A DNA stretch of 64,000 nt from an uncultured virus (IMG/VR IMGVR_UViG_3300034946_000506) (taxonomy: Duplodnaviria; Heunggongvirae; Uroviricota; Caudoviricetes), in the IMG/VR virus record IMGVR_UViG_3300034946_000506, one strand, 5' to 3'. The notes beneath the pieces are model-generated. The model saw nothing but the letters and a program-made list of their open reading frames with translations, was not told the DNA's origin and did no database searches. How positions within the stretch are numbered: the stretch's first letter is position 1; each line of letters opens with the position of its first letter. Of this stretch, positions 37,886-46,406 are shown piece after piece. Position numbers and translations under genes: made by a program.

Positions 37886-38116
37886 TTATTCTTCATATTC
37901 CACGCAACGAGGGCATTTAACTTCAGCTCCGTTAATAATGATATCAACTCTCTTAAAAAACATGCAGCCTTCTGGAGATGTTGTTAACATAAATGTATCT
38001 CCAACATTAAATGGTGTATTGTTTATATTTACTCTGTAAGGCTCTAGTACAGTATTAATGTCGTGGAATATTAATCCATCTTCTGACATTTTAAATTTGT
38101 AACCTATATATTCCAT
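37886..38116 (-). CDS. Hypothetical protein
   Basis: ORF with SD AGGA. Confidence 0.55.
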   Translation of the reverse strand: MEYIGYKFKMSEDGLIFHDINTVLEPYRVNINNTPFNVGDTFMLTTSPEGCMFFKRVDIIINGAEVKCPRCVEYEE

Positions 38117-38133
38117 TGTTATTTCCTAAATTT

Positions 38134-38210
38134 TGGTGCGTCCTGGAGGATTCGAACCTCCGACCTACGGCTTAGAAGGCCGTTGCTCTATCCAGCTGAG
38201 CTAAGGACGC
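38134..38210 (-). tRNA. tRNA-Arg (anticodon TCT) with encoded CCA
   Basis: GCGTCCT acceptor stem, TAGCTCAGCTGGATAGAGC D-arm, ACGGC-CTTCTAA-GCCGT anticodon arm, GGTTCGAATCC T-arm, ACCA end. Confidence 0.97.
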
Positions 38211-38215
38211 TTCAT

Positions 38216-38680
38216 TTAATCGATAAAGTCGTATACAATACCAGCTTCATCAAACATTTTCTTAGTTAGTGCAGTCGATTCAATCCATCTTTCTGGCATT
38301 GAATCATCGATCTCCTTTGTTACTACTCTTTTAACTCCAACTTGTATAATACCTTTAGCGCATTCAGAACAAACTGGAAGACCATGTATATATAGTGTTG
38401 AATTATCAAGTGATGTTCCATTGTATGTAGCATTATAAATGCAATTCATTTCAGCATGTACAACGTGTTGATATTTAGTAATTTTATTATTATACATTGA
38501 TACATCGTCAGATATTCCTCGAGGAAATCCGTTATATCCTTGAGCTAAAACTTGACCTTTAGATCCTACTGCGATTGCTCCAATTTTTCGTGATGGATCT
38601 TTAGACCACAATGCTATATGTTGAGCTAAAGCTATAAATCTCTTGTCCCATTTGTAACTTTTTGCTGATTCCCAACTCAT
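38216..38680 (-). CDS. cd: dCMP deaminase
   Basis: SKDPSRKIGA, GYNG, HAEMN, PVCSEC. Confidence 0.92.
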   Translation of the reverse strand: MSWESAKSYKWDKRFIALAQHIALWSKDPSRKIGAIAVGSKGQVLAQGYNGFPRGISDDVSMYNNKITKYQHVVHAEMNCIYNATYNGTSLDNSTLYIHGLPVCSECAKGIIQVGVKRVVTKEIDDSMPERWIESTALTKKMFDEAGIVYDFID

Positions 38681-38681
38681 A

Positions 38682-39341
38682 TTATTTCACCAAATCAAAG
38701 TGGCGTTCATAAACATGTAAGTTTTGAACTTGCCAGTGAATTTCACCTGTATCACATCTTAGTTCATCGGCCAATTCGCCAAGAACATGTTCTTGCCAAG
38801 CATAGTCATTACGATAGCCAAAGATTACATCATTAGAGCGCATTTGTACTACACAACTTAGTTTATCATCTCGAATATAATATGTGACTGCGTTAGTACA
38901 AATAAAATCATTCTTACCATTTTCATTATACTCCATCCAAATAGAAGGGCGTGTATATATCATTGAAGCTCTACGAGAATCTGGATTTCTTGTTAATTCC
39001 ATAACGCACTGATCAAACTGATTATAATACTTTTCACCAAAAATTAAATGACCATAGTTAGAATTGATTTCTCCATGATCATTGGCAGTCATTATCCATG
39101 CAGCCGGTGGCTCACGGTCATTACGATAAATGTCATTAATATTTGTAGATTGACTATGATACCAATCTAGTTCTACATCAATATATTCCTGATTAGGAGT
39201 TCCAAAAATAGCAGGTCGATCAGCAACAAATGATGCACCAATCAACTCAATAGTTTTACCACCATTTCTATCTTCGGTAAACATATCATTTAAAAGCCTA
39301 GCTTTAAATAAGCCTCGTATATTATCTATAGTTGTATTCAT
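38682..39341 (-). CDS. 42: dCMP hydroxymethylase (T4 gp42 ortholog)
   Basis: KTIELIGASFVAD, GEINSNYG, NPDSRR..MIYTRPS, DFICTN, MRSNDVIFGYRNDYAWQ (Asp at the cytosine-specificity position), LHVY.RHF, closely matching T4 gp42 as recalled. Confidence 0.92.
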   Translation of the reverse strand: MNTTIDNIRGLFKARLLNDMFTEDRNGGKTIELIGASFVADRPAIFGTPNQEYIDVELDWYHSQSTNINDIYRNDREPPAAWIMTANDHGEINSNYGHLIFGEKYYNQFDQCVMELTRNPDSRRASMIYTRPSIWMEYNENGKNDFICTNAVTYYIRDDKLSCVVQMRSNDVIFGYRNDYAWQEHVLGELADELRCDTGEIHWQVQNLHVYERHFDLVK

Positions 39342-39646
39342 TTTCCATACCTATCGTCAACTTCGGGATGTTCAATTGCGTGCATCATAAGAATCATGAT
39401 TTGAGTTGTTGCATGAGATAAATGTGTATATCCAGATTCAGGATCTATATCTTCGCCGGCATGCCATTTATTTAAATGTCTTTGTACTGAAGAATAAGTT
39501 CGTATCCAACTAGTGTTATGACCATCATCACGCCAATTGTTCATACCATATTTTTCTGCGCCAAAGCCAAAAACTTCAGAGATTTGAAGTAAAGCTTCTG
39601 GTGGGATTAAACCAAGAGGTGATTTACCATTGTCAAATTTAGCCAT
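39338..39646 (-). CDS. dNTP diphosphohydrolase (DUF5664-like)
   Basis: KFDNGK..LGLIP...FGAEKYG..NW...RHL..W..GEDIDPESG..HL.HA. Confidence 0.85.
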   Translation of the reverse strand: MAKFDNGKSPLGLIPPEALLQISEVFGFGAEKYGMNNWRDDGHNTSWIRTYSSVQRHLNKWHAGEDIDPESGYTHLSHATTQIMILMMHAIEHPEVDDRYGK

Positions 39647-39672
39647 GTTGTTGTCCTTTATAATATAGATCT

Positions 39673-39701
39673 ATTATATCACAGTTTCAGCTGAATGTAA
39701 A
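39673..39701 (-). promoter_or_regulatory. Sigma70-type early promoter heading the modification cluster
   Basis: TTTACA-N17-TATAAT with TG extension. Confidence 0.8.
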
Positions 39702-40174
39702 CTGTTTTTTGATAATAATTTAAAACTTTTTAGGCCTGTCATAGTAAAAGCTTGTTCAAACGCATCTTGAATTTTTATATAGCCATCAACATTAAAAGTA
39801 AGTATATCACCAATCTTATAATCATGTTCTATATTTTGAGTAAACATAGCAATATGAGTTAGACAACCCATTTTAGCTGAAGCTTCTAGATTTCCCTTAG
39901 TAGATAAAGAAGCATTATTAGATATCTTAGGCCTTCTTTTAAAATCTAAGAAAATGCTATTACTTAGTTTTAAGTCATATCTCCAGGATTTTGGTTTTTT
40001 GTAACCAAGTGTTTTATATAAAATAAATTCTAAGGCTAAGGCATCTACATTTTTTCTGTTACTGTAGTTGCCATACCTATATTCGTCGTCTAAAGCTTTT
40101 ATAAACCAATCATCAACAATATATTCCAAGTTGCTGATATGATTACTTAGCTTCGTAAATAGTTCCTTGCTCAT
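39674..40174 (-). CDS. Hypothetical protein, possible restriction-endonuclease-like fold
   Basis: E...YD...LDFK pattern reminiscent of PD-(D/E)xK. Confidence 0.5.
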   Translation of the reverse strand: MSKELFTKLSNHISNLEYIVDDWFIKALDDEYRYGNYSNRKNVDALALEFILYKTLGYKKPKSWRYDLKLSNSIFLDFKRRPKISNNASLSTKGNLEASAKMGCLTHIAMFTQNIEHDYKIGDILTFNVDGYIKIQDAFEQAFTMTGLKSFKLLSKNSLHSAETVI

Positions 40175-40272
40175 TTAAATATATTCCAATTATGTTTCAT
40201 AAACTCTTTCATTGTGTACATACCAAATGTTGCCCATGCAATAAAAACTATCCAAATTAATAATTCTATCAT
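40171..40272 (-). CDS. Small membrane peptide (33 aa)
   Basis: MIELLIWIVFIAWATFGMY...; stop/start coupled on both sides. Confidence 0.5.
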   Translation of the reverse strand: MIELLIWIVFIAWATFGMYTMKEFMKHNWNIFK

Positions 40273-40538
40273 TAGCCTAACACAGCTTTAATATGTTCAG
40301 CATCAATAATAGCAGCAGCTTTACCATCAACATCTACAGGCATAGTTTTAGTCCAATCAAGGAATACTCTATCACCTACTTTAACCCACTCAGATTCTAT
40401 TTGATCATTAACAGCCAAAACTAAGGCTGGTTTAGATCCTTTTGTTGTATCTGCAGTAAGAATAATTCCTCCAGCAGATGTTTTATCTTCTTCAGTTGAG
40501 GTTACTAGAACCTGATTATGTAACATTTTAATGCTCAT
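40272..40538 (-). CDS. groES: GroES-like co-chaperonin
   Basis: KMLHNQVLV...KTSAGGIIL mobile loop...VKVGDRV; start after SD GGAG. Confidence 0.85.
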   Translation of the reverse strand: MSIKMLHNQVLVTSTEEDKTSAGGIILTADTTKGSKPALVLAVNDQIESEWVKVGDRVFLDWTKTMPVDVDGKAAAIIDAEHIKAVLG

Positions 40539-40624
40539 TTTATTTCTCCAATTTAGTGAGTCTTCTATTAATTTTTTATATTCCGGTGTCATAGCATATT
40601 GTCTAGCATCGTAATAATACATTA

Positions 40625-41542
40625 TTATATATTATTTCTAAATACAAAGTCAATTGCTCTTTCTGCTTCTTTAATCATATCTCGCTTTCCATACCATCCA
40701 CCAGTTTCATTGTCTAAGTCTGAACAAATCCAAGCAACTTCACGAGACGAGATTGGATAACCTCTTTGCATTGCGTTACCAGCAGTAGATACCATAATCT
40801 TATACATCTGTAAATACCAACCCGAACCAGTAATACCTTTATATTCTTCAACTTGCTTTTTATTTACAAAAGGGCAGTCTCTATATCCAGTCCATGAAAA
40901 GTTAGTGTTGTTAAGTTGTTCTTTTCTATGTTCAATAAGTCCGGCTTTGATAGATTCTGGAAGCTTATCGAAAAAAGATTCATTTGTGACAACATATCGG
41001 TGTCTTTCCATAAGCTTGTTTGGATCCATGATTGATCCGTCGTGAGTGAATATGAAGTTGTAGGCCCCTTTATATTTTGAAGGGACGTAGTACATTCTAC
41101 TAAGATCTTTTGTTTGGGCATCTGCAATGTCTCCTATTTCTTTATTAAGTGCAAACCAAAAATGTTTAATCTGATCTGCATTTACAGATTGTGTTAATGG
41201 AAATACTAATCTAAATTTTGGGTGTTCTTTTGTTGAACTTGCTGTTGAGTAACATACATACTTATAGTTAGAATACTTTTCATGTATGTCTTCAATTGAG
41301 CCTTCATAATCATCTACATCGACAATGCCGAAACCACCCCAGCTTGTAACATTTGCGTTAGCTCGGGTGGTTTCGGTCTTATATGTGGCTGGTGATATTA
41401 AGGGAGCATCAGTTTTCTTTTGATACTTATCACCGTTTGCCAATTTGTATAAAACTTTTTCAAAATCATCAAATGAATTATAATCAACTCTTTTGACGGT
41501 TTTGTTATCGTATATACTATCGAATATTGTTAAGGAGACCAT
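40625..41542 (-). CDS. AEP-superfamily primase/primpol-like protein
   Basis: DVDD, YSTASS, PKFRLVFPL, D.SRMYYVP; helical C-terminal domain. Confidence 0.7.
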   Translation of the reverse strand: MVSLTIFDSIYDNKTVKRVDYNSFDDFEKVLYKLANGDKYQKKTDAPLISPATYKTETTRANANVTSWGGFGIVDVDDYEGSIEDIHEKYSNYKYVCYSTASSTKEHPKFRLVFPLTQSVNADQIKHFWFALNKEIGDIADAQTKDLSRMYYVPSKYKGAYNFIFTHDGSIMDPNKLMERHRYVVTNESFFDKLPESIKAGLIEHRKEQLNNTNFSWTGYRDCPFVNKKQVEEYKGITGSGWYLQMYKIMVSTAGNAMQRGYPISSREVAWICSDLDNETGGWYGKRDMIKEAERAIDFVFRNNI

Positions 41543-41921
41543 AATTGCCTGTGTGTGATGGAGCTTGCCAGCCTTCAGGTTTGATTAGATCAGGCAATCC
41601 CAAAGGATTCGGACGTGATTCTTTCACGCCAACTTCTTTAGCCATGTTAGCTTTATGGACTTCATCCCATGCTTTGTATGGATCTACACCCATAGCATCT
41701 AAAGTGCCAATTGCTACTACACATAAATCAATTAAGCCATCTACAATTTCTTCTGGATCTTTTTCACCAGCAGCTTTAAATGTTTCATTATATTCTTCTT
41801 GAAGAAAGGCTATTCTAAAATGTAGTAATTGTTCTAGTTTTTCAGGATTATTTGCGACCCAAGTTTGTACACCATATTTATCATGCATTTCAGCAATATC
41901 TTTTACCCAGTCTTGGCTCAT
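41517..41921 (-). CDS. MazG-like all-alpha NTP pyrophosphohydrolase
   Basis: EEYNE, EIVDGLID, EVHKANMAK, KPEGW. Confidence 0.85.
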   Translation of the reverse strand: MSQDWVKDIAEMHDKYGVQTWVANNPEKLEQLLHFRIAFLQEEYNETFKAAGEKDPEEIVDGLIDLCVVAIGTLDAMGVDPYKAWDEVHKANMAKEVGVKESRPNPLGLPDLIKPEGWQAPSHTGNYGLLNNIR

Positions 41922-42190
41922 ATAATAATACCTTGAGATGGAGTTACTATACCACTAGTTATAGATCTAATTTGATCTACTAGTTCTTCTACTGGATCTA
42001 CTATCATAATAACATGATTTCTATTAAATACAAATTCATTATTTTTAGCATATGCCATAAATGGAATAAATCCGATTTTACCAGGTTCTGTTGATACCAT
42101 AGAAAATGCGTCTGATATAGTTATAGTATCATCATTTTCTTTAACATTACAGATAACTTCGTCACCCGATATAAGTCTTACTATTTTCAT
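41918..42190 (-). CDS. Conserved hypothetical (Sm-like) protein
   Basis: MKIVRLISGDEVI...SGIVTP. Confidence 0.7.
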   Translation of the reverse strand: MKIVRLISGDEVICNVKENDDTITISDAFSMVSTEPGKIGFIPFMAYAKNNEFVFNRNHVIMIVDPVEELVDQIRSITSGIVTPSQGIII

Positions 42191-42213
42191 TATTTTTCTC
42201 CTTTAATGTATAT

Positions 42214-42242
42214 ATTATATCACAGTTTACTGCAAAAGTAAA
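42214..42242 (-). promoter_or_regulatory. Sigma70-type early promoter
   Basis: TTTACT-N17-TATAAT; about 40 bp identical to the gp55 promoter at 56129. Confidence 0.8.
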
Positions 42243-42250
42243 CAATTATT

Positions 42251-44767
42251 TTAAAAAAATTCATCAAGTGTTGCTATATCTTTTGAGTTCCAGCCAACAG
42301 CTTGAAGTATTGGATCAATAACACCTAAGAATGTTTTTTCAAACTGAGTGTCATAATCAATATGGCGATGTAAACCAAACTCTTCAGGCAGATAATCAAG
42401 GAAGGATATTACATTTTCCTTCATATGATTAGGAGTTCGAAGGTAGATAAACTTAATCTTTTCGCCATTCTGAATCTTGTTATATTGCTTAGTAAGCGAT
42501 TTATCTACAAGTAGTTTGTTATACATGATACTGCCACGAGCATGAATCGGTGTACCTTTTTTGTATATAGTTTGATTATCCATATAGTTAGTAAGGTTAG
42601 TTATACCTCGTGGAAAGGCAATTTCATCAGGTGGTAGAGTTTTAAAGTACGTTCTAAATGCTTCGATATCATGCTGAACTTTGGATTCAGAGCCACTAAT
42701 AATCGTTTTAAACATTTGTTTAAGTGCTTCTCGACATGGAGCTGGTGTAGAAGACTTAATTGCTTCAATACCCATAATCTTAAGCTTAGGCTGTGCATAT
42801 CTAACACCTTCGTTATCAAGAACATTTAGAATATATCTTTTCTTAGCAGTCCATATTCCACGATCAGCGATTGCTTCACGACTCATAACCATACGATTTT
42901 CGATGCCACCCATAATATCAAATAGATTTGCATAGCTTTTTTCAAGTACAGCTTCAAGCTTTTCTTTACAAACTGTGTCAAGAAATTCCAATGGATTTTT
43001 AGGATTCACAGCTTTTACAAGATCATCTAGTACAACATAAACAGAATCAGTATCAATTGCTACTACATAATCTTTCTTAGTTTTAAGGATGCCATTAAGA
43101 TAATCATTCACAGCCTTCTCAGCCCATCGTATAGTGAGCTGTCCAGAAAGTGTAATACCTTCTGCTATACGCTGATCAAAGAATCTAAAGTACTTATTAC
43201 CTAAGGCACCATATAAACTGTTAAGAAGAATCTTAATAGACATTTGTTGATTTTCAGCAATACTGATATCTCTTTGAACACGATACAATTCAGTCTTATT
43301 AGTTTTATCTATCTTTTCAAGTTCTTTCTGTGCATTAATCATAGCGCGTTTAATAATAACACGTTCACTATACATTTCACTAATGATTTTTGGTAAGATA
43401 CCTTGATTATCAGTAGCAAAATACTGGCCTGATGCTGCAGCGCATTCATTATTTTCTAGCCTAGGTTTAACTTCACCACTTAGAAGACTATCAACATTGA
43501 CATTAGCAACTTTACCGTTAATAATAGTTTCAGGCGACATATTATACTGCATAATAAGTGATGGATACAGTGAGTTTAAATCAAAAGAAACGACCCATTC
43601 GTGCATACCAACTTGAGGATCTTTTACAAAGCCGCCTGGATATGGTGATTTAAACTTTTCTTCACCGAATGGAACAATGACATTATTTGCATGTAGATTG
43701 CGAAAGATAATAGAATCCCATATAGCAGTAGTACCCATAACATCGCCATAGTTAACACCACCACGATAAGCCATAGTAAGAGCTAGTGTAATAAGACCCA
43801 TCTTATCTTCAAAACGATCTACTAAGTCTACGTCTTTAATGTTGTAGTCAATAAACTTTTGATGATCATGTATGTAAAGAGTGTGGAGGTTACCATGTTC
43901 TTCATAAGAAAGTTTACGTTCTCCAAGTACTACGTTAGCAATATTGTCAAGCTTATATGATTCTTGTGGACCATACGAGTAACCAAATTTTCGAAATAGA
44001 TCAAGGTAATCCATTTGAGCGATACCTTGAATTTCATATGCGCATTGTTTACGCTGCATTGTATTGACGTCGCGGCGATCGATCAAACCCCAGGGAGATA
44101 ATCTACGCACAAACTCTTCACCATGGATTTTAATAATACGATTAACGAGGTATGGTATATCGAAGAACCTTGAATTCCACCCAGTGATTACATCCGGACA
44201 CTGCGATGGTAAAGACCAATGTGCAATGAATTTTAATAGAAGTTCTGATTCAGTCATACACTTTTCGTATACTACACGATTATCTTTCATGTATGTCTTT
44301 TCTACGTCATATTCTTTAAGACCCCAGACATAGAATGTGTTATCAATATTGTTTTTCATACAGATTGCGGTTACTTCATGAGCAGCTTCTTCAGGCTCAG
44401 GGAAACCAGCATCTGATTGAACTTCAATATCGATTGTTGTTACATTAATGATGTTACGATCAAACTTGATATTACCAGGGAATGCCTCATTGATATACGC
44501 TGGAATATGTTTGTTGTTACCAAATATATGTCTGCCAGCCGTATGCTGATTTGTCGCAAGCCAATCTTTAGCTTCACGCATATCTTCAAATTTAATAGGT
44601 GCAACTTTTGTTCCATCTAAAGCTTGAAATGGAGTTTGATTAGTAGTGTTGACATAAAATGTCGGTTTGTACTTAATTTTTGTTTGTATTTTTTTACCGT
44701 TAGAATAACCTCTATAAAGAAGATTATTGCCATATCTTGAAATATTTGTGTAGAATTTTAGATTCAT
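42251..44767 (-). CDS. 43: Family B DNA polymerase gp43
   Basis: DIEV exonuclease, FDLNSLYPS, KILLNSLYGALGN, DTDS, KKRY. Confidence 0.97.
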   Translation of the reverse strand: MNLKFYTNISRYGNNLLYRGYSNGKKIQTKIKYKPTFYVNTTNQTPFQALDGTKVAPIKFEDMREAKDWLATNQHTAGRHIFGNNKHIPAYINEAFPGNIKFDRNIINVTTIDIEVQSDAGFPEPEEAAHEVTAICMKNNIDNTFYVWGLKEYDVEKTYMKDNRVVYEKCMTESELLLKFIAHWSLPSQCPDVITGWNSRFFDIPYLVNRIIKIHGEEFVRRLSPWGLIDRRDVNTMQRKQCAYEIQGIAQMDYLDLFRKFGYSYGPQESYKLDNIANVVLGERKLSYEEHGNLHTLYIHDHQKFIDYNIKDVDLVDRFEDKMGLITLALTMAYRGGVNYGDVMGTTAIWDSIIFRNLHANNVIVPFGEEKFKSPYPGGFVKDPQVGMHEWVVSFDLNSLYPSLIMQYNMSPETIINGKVANVNVDSLLSGEVKPRLENNECAAASGQYFATDNQGILPKIISEMYSERVIIKRAMINAQKELEKIDKTNKTELYRVQRDISIAENQQMSIKILLNSLYGALGNKYFRFFDQRIAEGITLSGQLTIRWAEKAVNDYLNGILKTKKDYVVAIDTDSVYVVLDDLVKAVNPKNPLEFLDTVCKEKLEAVLEKSYANLFDIMGGIENRMVMSREAIADRGIWTAKKRYILNVLDNEGVRYAQPKLKIMGIEAIKSSTPAPCREALKQMFKTIISGSESKVQHDIEAFRTYFKTLPPDEIAFPRGITNLTNYMDNQTIYKKGTPIHARGSIMYNKLLVDKSLTKQYNKIQNGEKIKFIYLRTPNHMKENVISFLDYLPEEFGLHRHIDYDTQFEKTFLGVIDPILQAVGWNSKDIATLDEFF

Positions 44768-44797
44768 AGTATAGTCATTACCAAATAATAGGTATAT

Positions 44798-44826
44798 ATT
44801 ATATCACAGTTTACGCGTAATGTAAA
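44798..44826 (-). promoter_or_regulatory. Sigma70-type early promoter for gp43
   Basis: TTTACA-N17-TATAAT. Confidence 0.8.
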
Positions 44827-44836
44827 GGACTTTATT

Positions 44837-44862
44837 AAAAAGATCCGGGAGCCGAAGCTCCC
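44837..44862 (-). terminator. Intrinsic terminator
   Basis: GGGAGC-TTCG-GCTCCC hairpin followed by a T-run. Confidence 0.75.
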
Positions 44863-44878
44863 TTCTCTATTAATGATA

Positions 44879-44998
44879 TCAGAATGTGGATGCGTGAACT
44901 ACAATAAGAATTGGAGATAACATTAGAGTTATTCCTATAATTAAAATAGCTTCGAATCCAGATCTGAGATCAGCTTTGTGCTTACGTATGTAACCCAT
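44879..44998 (-). CDS. Small membrane peptide (39 aa)
   Basis: MGYIRKHKADLRSGFEAILIIGITLMLSPILIVVHASTF; SD GGAG. Confidence 0.5.
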   Translation of the reverse strand: MGYIRKHKADLRSGFEAILIIGITLMLSPILIVVHASTF

Positions 44999-45058
44999 AA
45001 CTTTACTCCAGTAAATTGATTTTACACAATCCACTGAGTTTTCGCTGCTCACCGGAAT

Positions 45059-45514
45059 TTAATCTTGAATAAATTCCTTCTTCTTTGATGCCCCAGCAGA
45101 CCCGATTTCGATCTTCCGAGGACGCCTTTCTTCTGGAACTTCAACTCTGGCATTCACCACAAGTATTCCGTTCTTAAGATCGGCCCCGTCTATTACGACA
45201 AATTCTGAGAGTCGGAAGGACTTCTCAAATTTGCGGGACGAAATCCCTTTGTGCGCATATTCACGATCATCATCATGAGACTTTTCACCTTTTACTAAAA
45301 GAATGCCATCCTTGACACCTACAGAAATATCCTCTTCTGCAAATCCAGCAACTGCTAACTCAATGTTGAAATTTTCAGCATCGACCTTCACAACATTATG
45401 TGGTGGATAATTATCTTGAGCTCTTCCAGCTGTGTGGATTCTTTCAAGTTCGTTTAGTATTGGATCAAATCCAATAAACAAAGAACGCGGTACGTTCATA
45501 GTATTTCTTACCAT
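45059..45514 (-). CDS. Small heat-shock protein Hsp20
   Basis: FIGFD, NYPPHN, ELAVAGF, HKGISSRKF, NGILVV, PRKIEI. Confidence 0.93.
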   Translation of the reverse strand: MVRNTMNVPRSLFIGFDPILNELERIHTAGRAQDNYPPHNVVKVDAENFNIELAVAGFAEEDISVGVKDGILLVKGEKSHDDDREYAHKGISSRKFEKSFRLSEFVVIDGADLKNGILVVNARVEVPEERRPRKIEIGSAGASKKKEFIQD

Positions 45515-45585
45515 TTTTTGCTCCTCCTATATATAGCAAGGTTAATATATGGACCCGACCAATTCGGCATCCACATTTATTTATA
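45515..45585 (-). promoter_or_regulatory. Late promoter plus ROSE-like structured 5' UTR of hsp20
   Basis: TATAAATA at 45578-45585; GATGCCG..CGGGTC hairpin; CCTTGCT pairing with AGGAGG. Confidence 0.6.
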
Positions 45586-45619
45586 CAAGTTTTTAAACCA
45601 GTTTAAATAAATTCTGTAA

Positions 45620-46042
45620 TTATTCTTTATTACTGTTTCCGATATTATATTTAGGACATAGTTGCCATTCGCTTTTTTCTTTATAAGGAATAACTTTAAT
45701 TTGTCTTAATGGTGCGAGATCTGTAGCCTGATCAGAAGTAACAAAAGTTACAAGTCCCCAATCAGATAACAATGTTGATATTGTATTTCTACGCTGAATA
45801 TCATTTAACAGTAAATTTGATGGCTTACCATCTAGTAAGAATAATTCTTTGAAATGCACAATAAAGTATCTACCTTGTTTGTGCAATATGTGACATGATT
45901 GATATAGCTTCTGATCTTTTCTAGATGCTACTCCAATTCTTGTTAATGTTTCTCGTATCTTGAGAAAGTCATCTGGTTCGTTGAGTGTTATCTCTAGCAT
46001 AGATGCTGGAGACCATTTCACTTCTGCGTTATCGTTTTCCAC
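45620..46042 (-). CDS. regA: Translational repressor RegA
   Basis: PDDFLKIRETLTRIG...LYQSCHILHKQGRYFIVHFKE. Confidence 0.95.
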   Translation of the reverse strand: MENDNAEVKWSPASMLEITLNEPDDFLKIRETLTRIGVASRKDQKLYQSCHILHKQGRYFIVHFKELFLLDGKPSNLLLNDIQRRNTISTLLSDWGLVTFVTSDQATDLAPLRQIKVIPYKEKSEWQLCPKYNIGNSNKE

Positions 46043-46406
46043 CTTTATAAATCCTCAATTTCAATTCGTTTATTTGTTCATCATTTAATAATGACAATAC
46101 AGATTTAGCTTTTACATTACTATACCCATAATATTCTTTTATTAATTCTAAATTTTCAATATCAACTGGCTTAGCCCATTTTGAAAATCTTTTCTTCTTC
46201 TTGATTATATTTATAAAAAAATCAAATTGAAGACGGTGGTCTATATGATGATTTAAATTCATTTCATTTGCATAAAGTATAGTGTCTGGAAAATATGATA
46301 GTCCTCTATTAACCATAAATGGCGAATATCCTTTTTCAGAAATGTCATCAACCATAATATCCTTTTTGGTTGTATTAATAGCATTCAAGTAATCGAAAGG
46401 GTTCAT
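46029..46406 (-). CDS. 62: Clamp loader small subunit gp62
   Basis: YSPFMVNRGLS, KRFSKWAK, YYGYS; synteny. Confidence 0.9.
   Translation of the reverse strand: MNPFDYLNAINTTKKDIMVDDISEKGYSPFMVNRGLSYFPDTILYANEMNLNHHIDHRLQFDFFINIIKKKKRFSKWAKPVDIENLELIKEYYGYSNVKAKSVLSLLNDEQINELKLRIYKGGKR

Noticed and set aside
38682..39341. Ordinary ThyA or dUMP hydroxymethylase
   Set aside because: The sequence tracks T4 gp42 closely and has the cytosine-specifying Asp; ThyX is present separately
39338..39646. Evidence for a dZ or 7-deazaguanine genome
   Set aside because: No purZ, dpdA, folE or queC/D/E is recognisable in the window, and the context is pyrimidine modification
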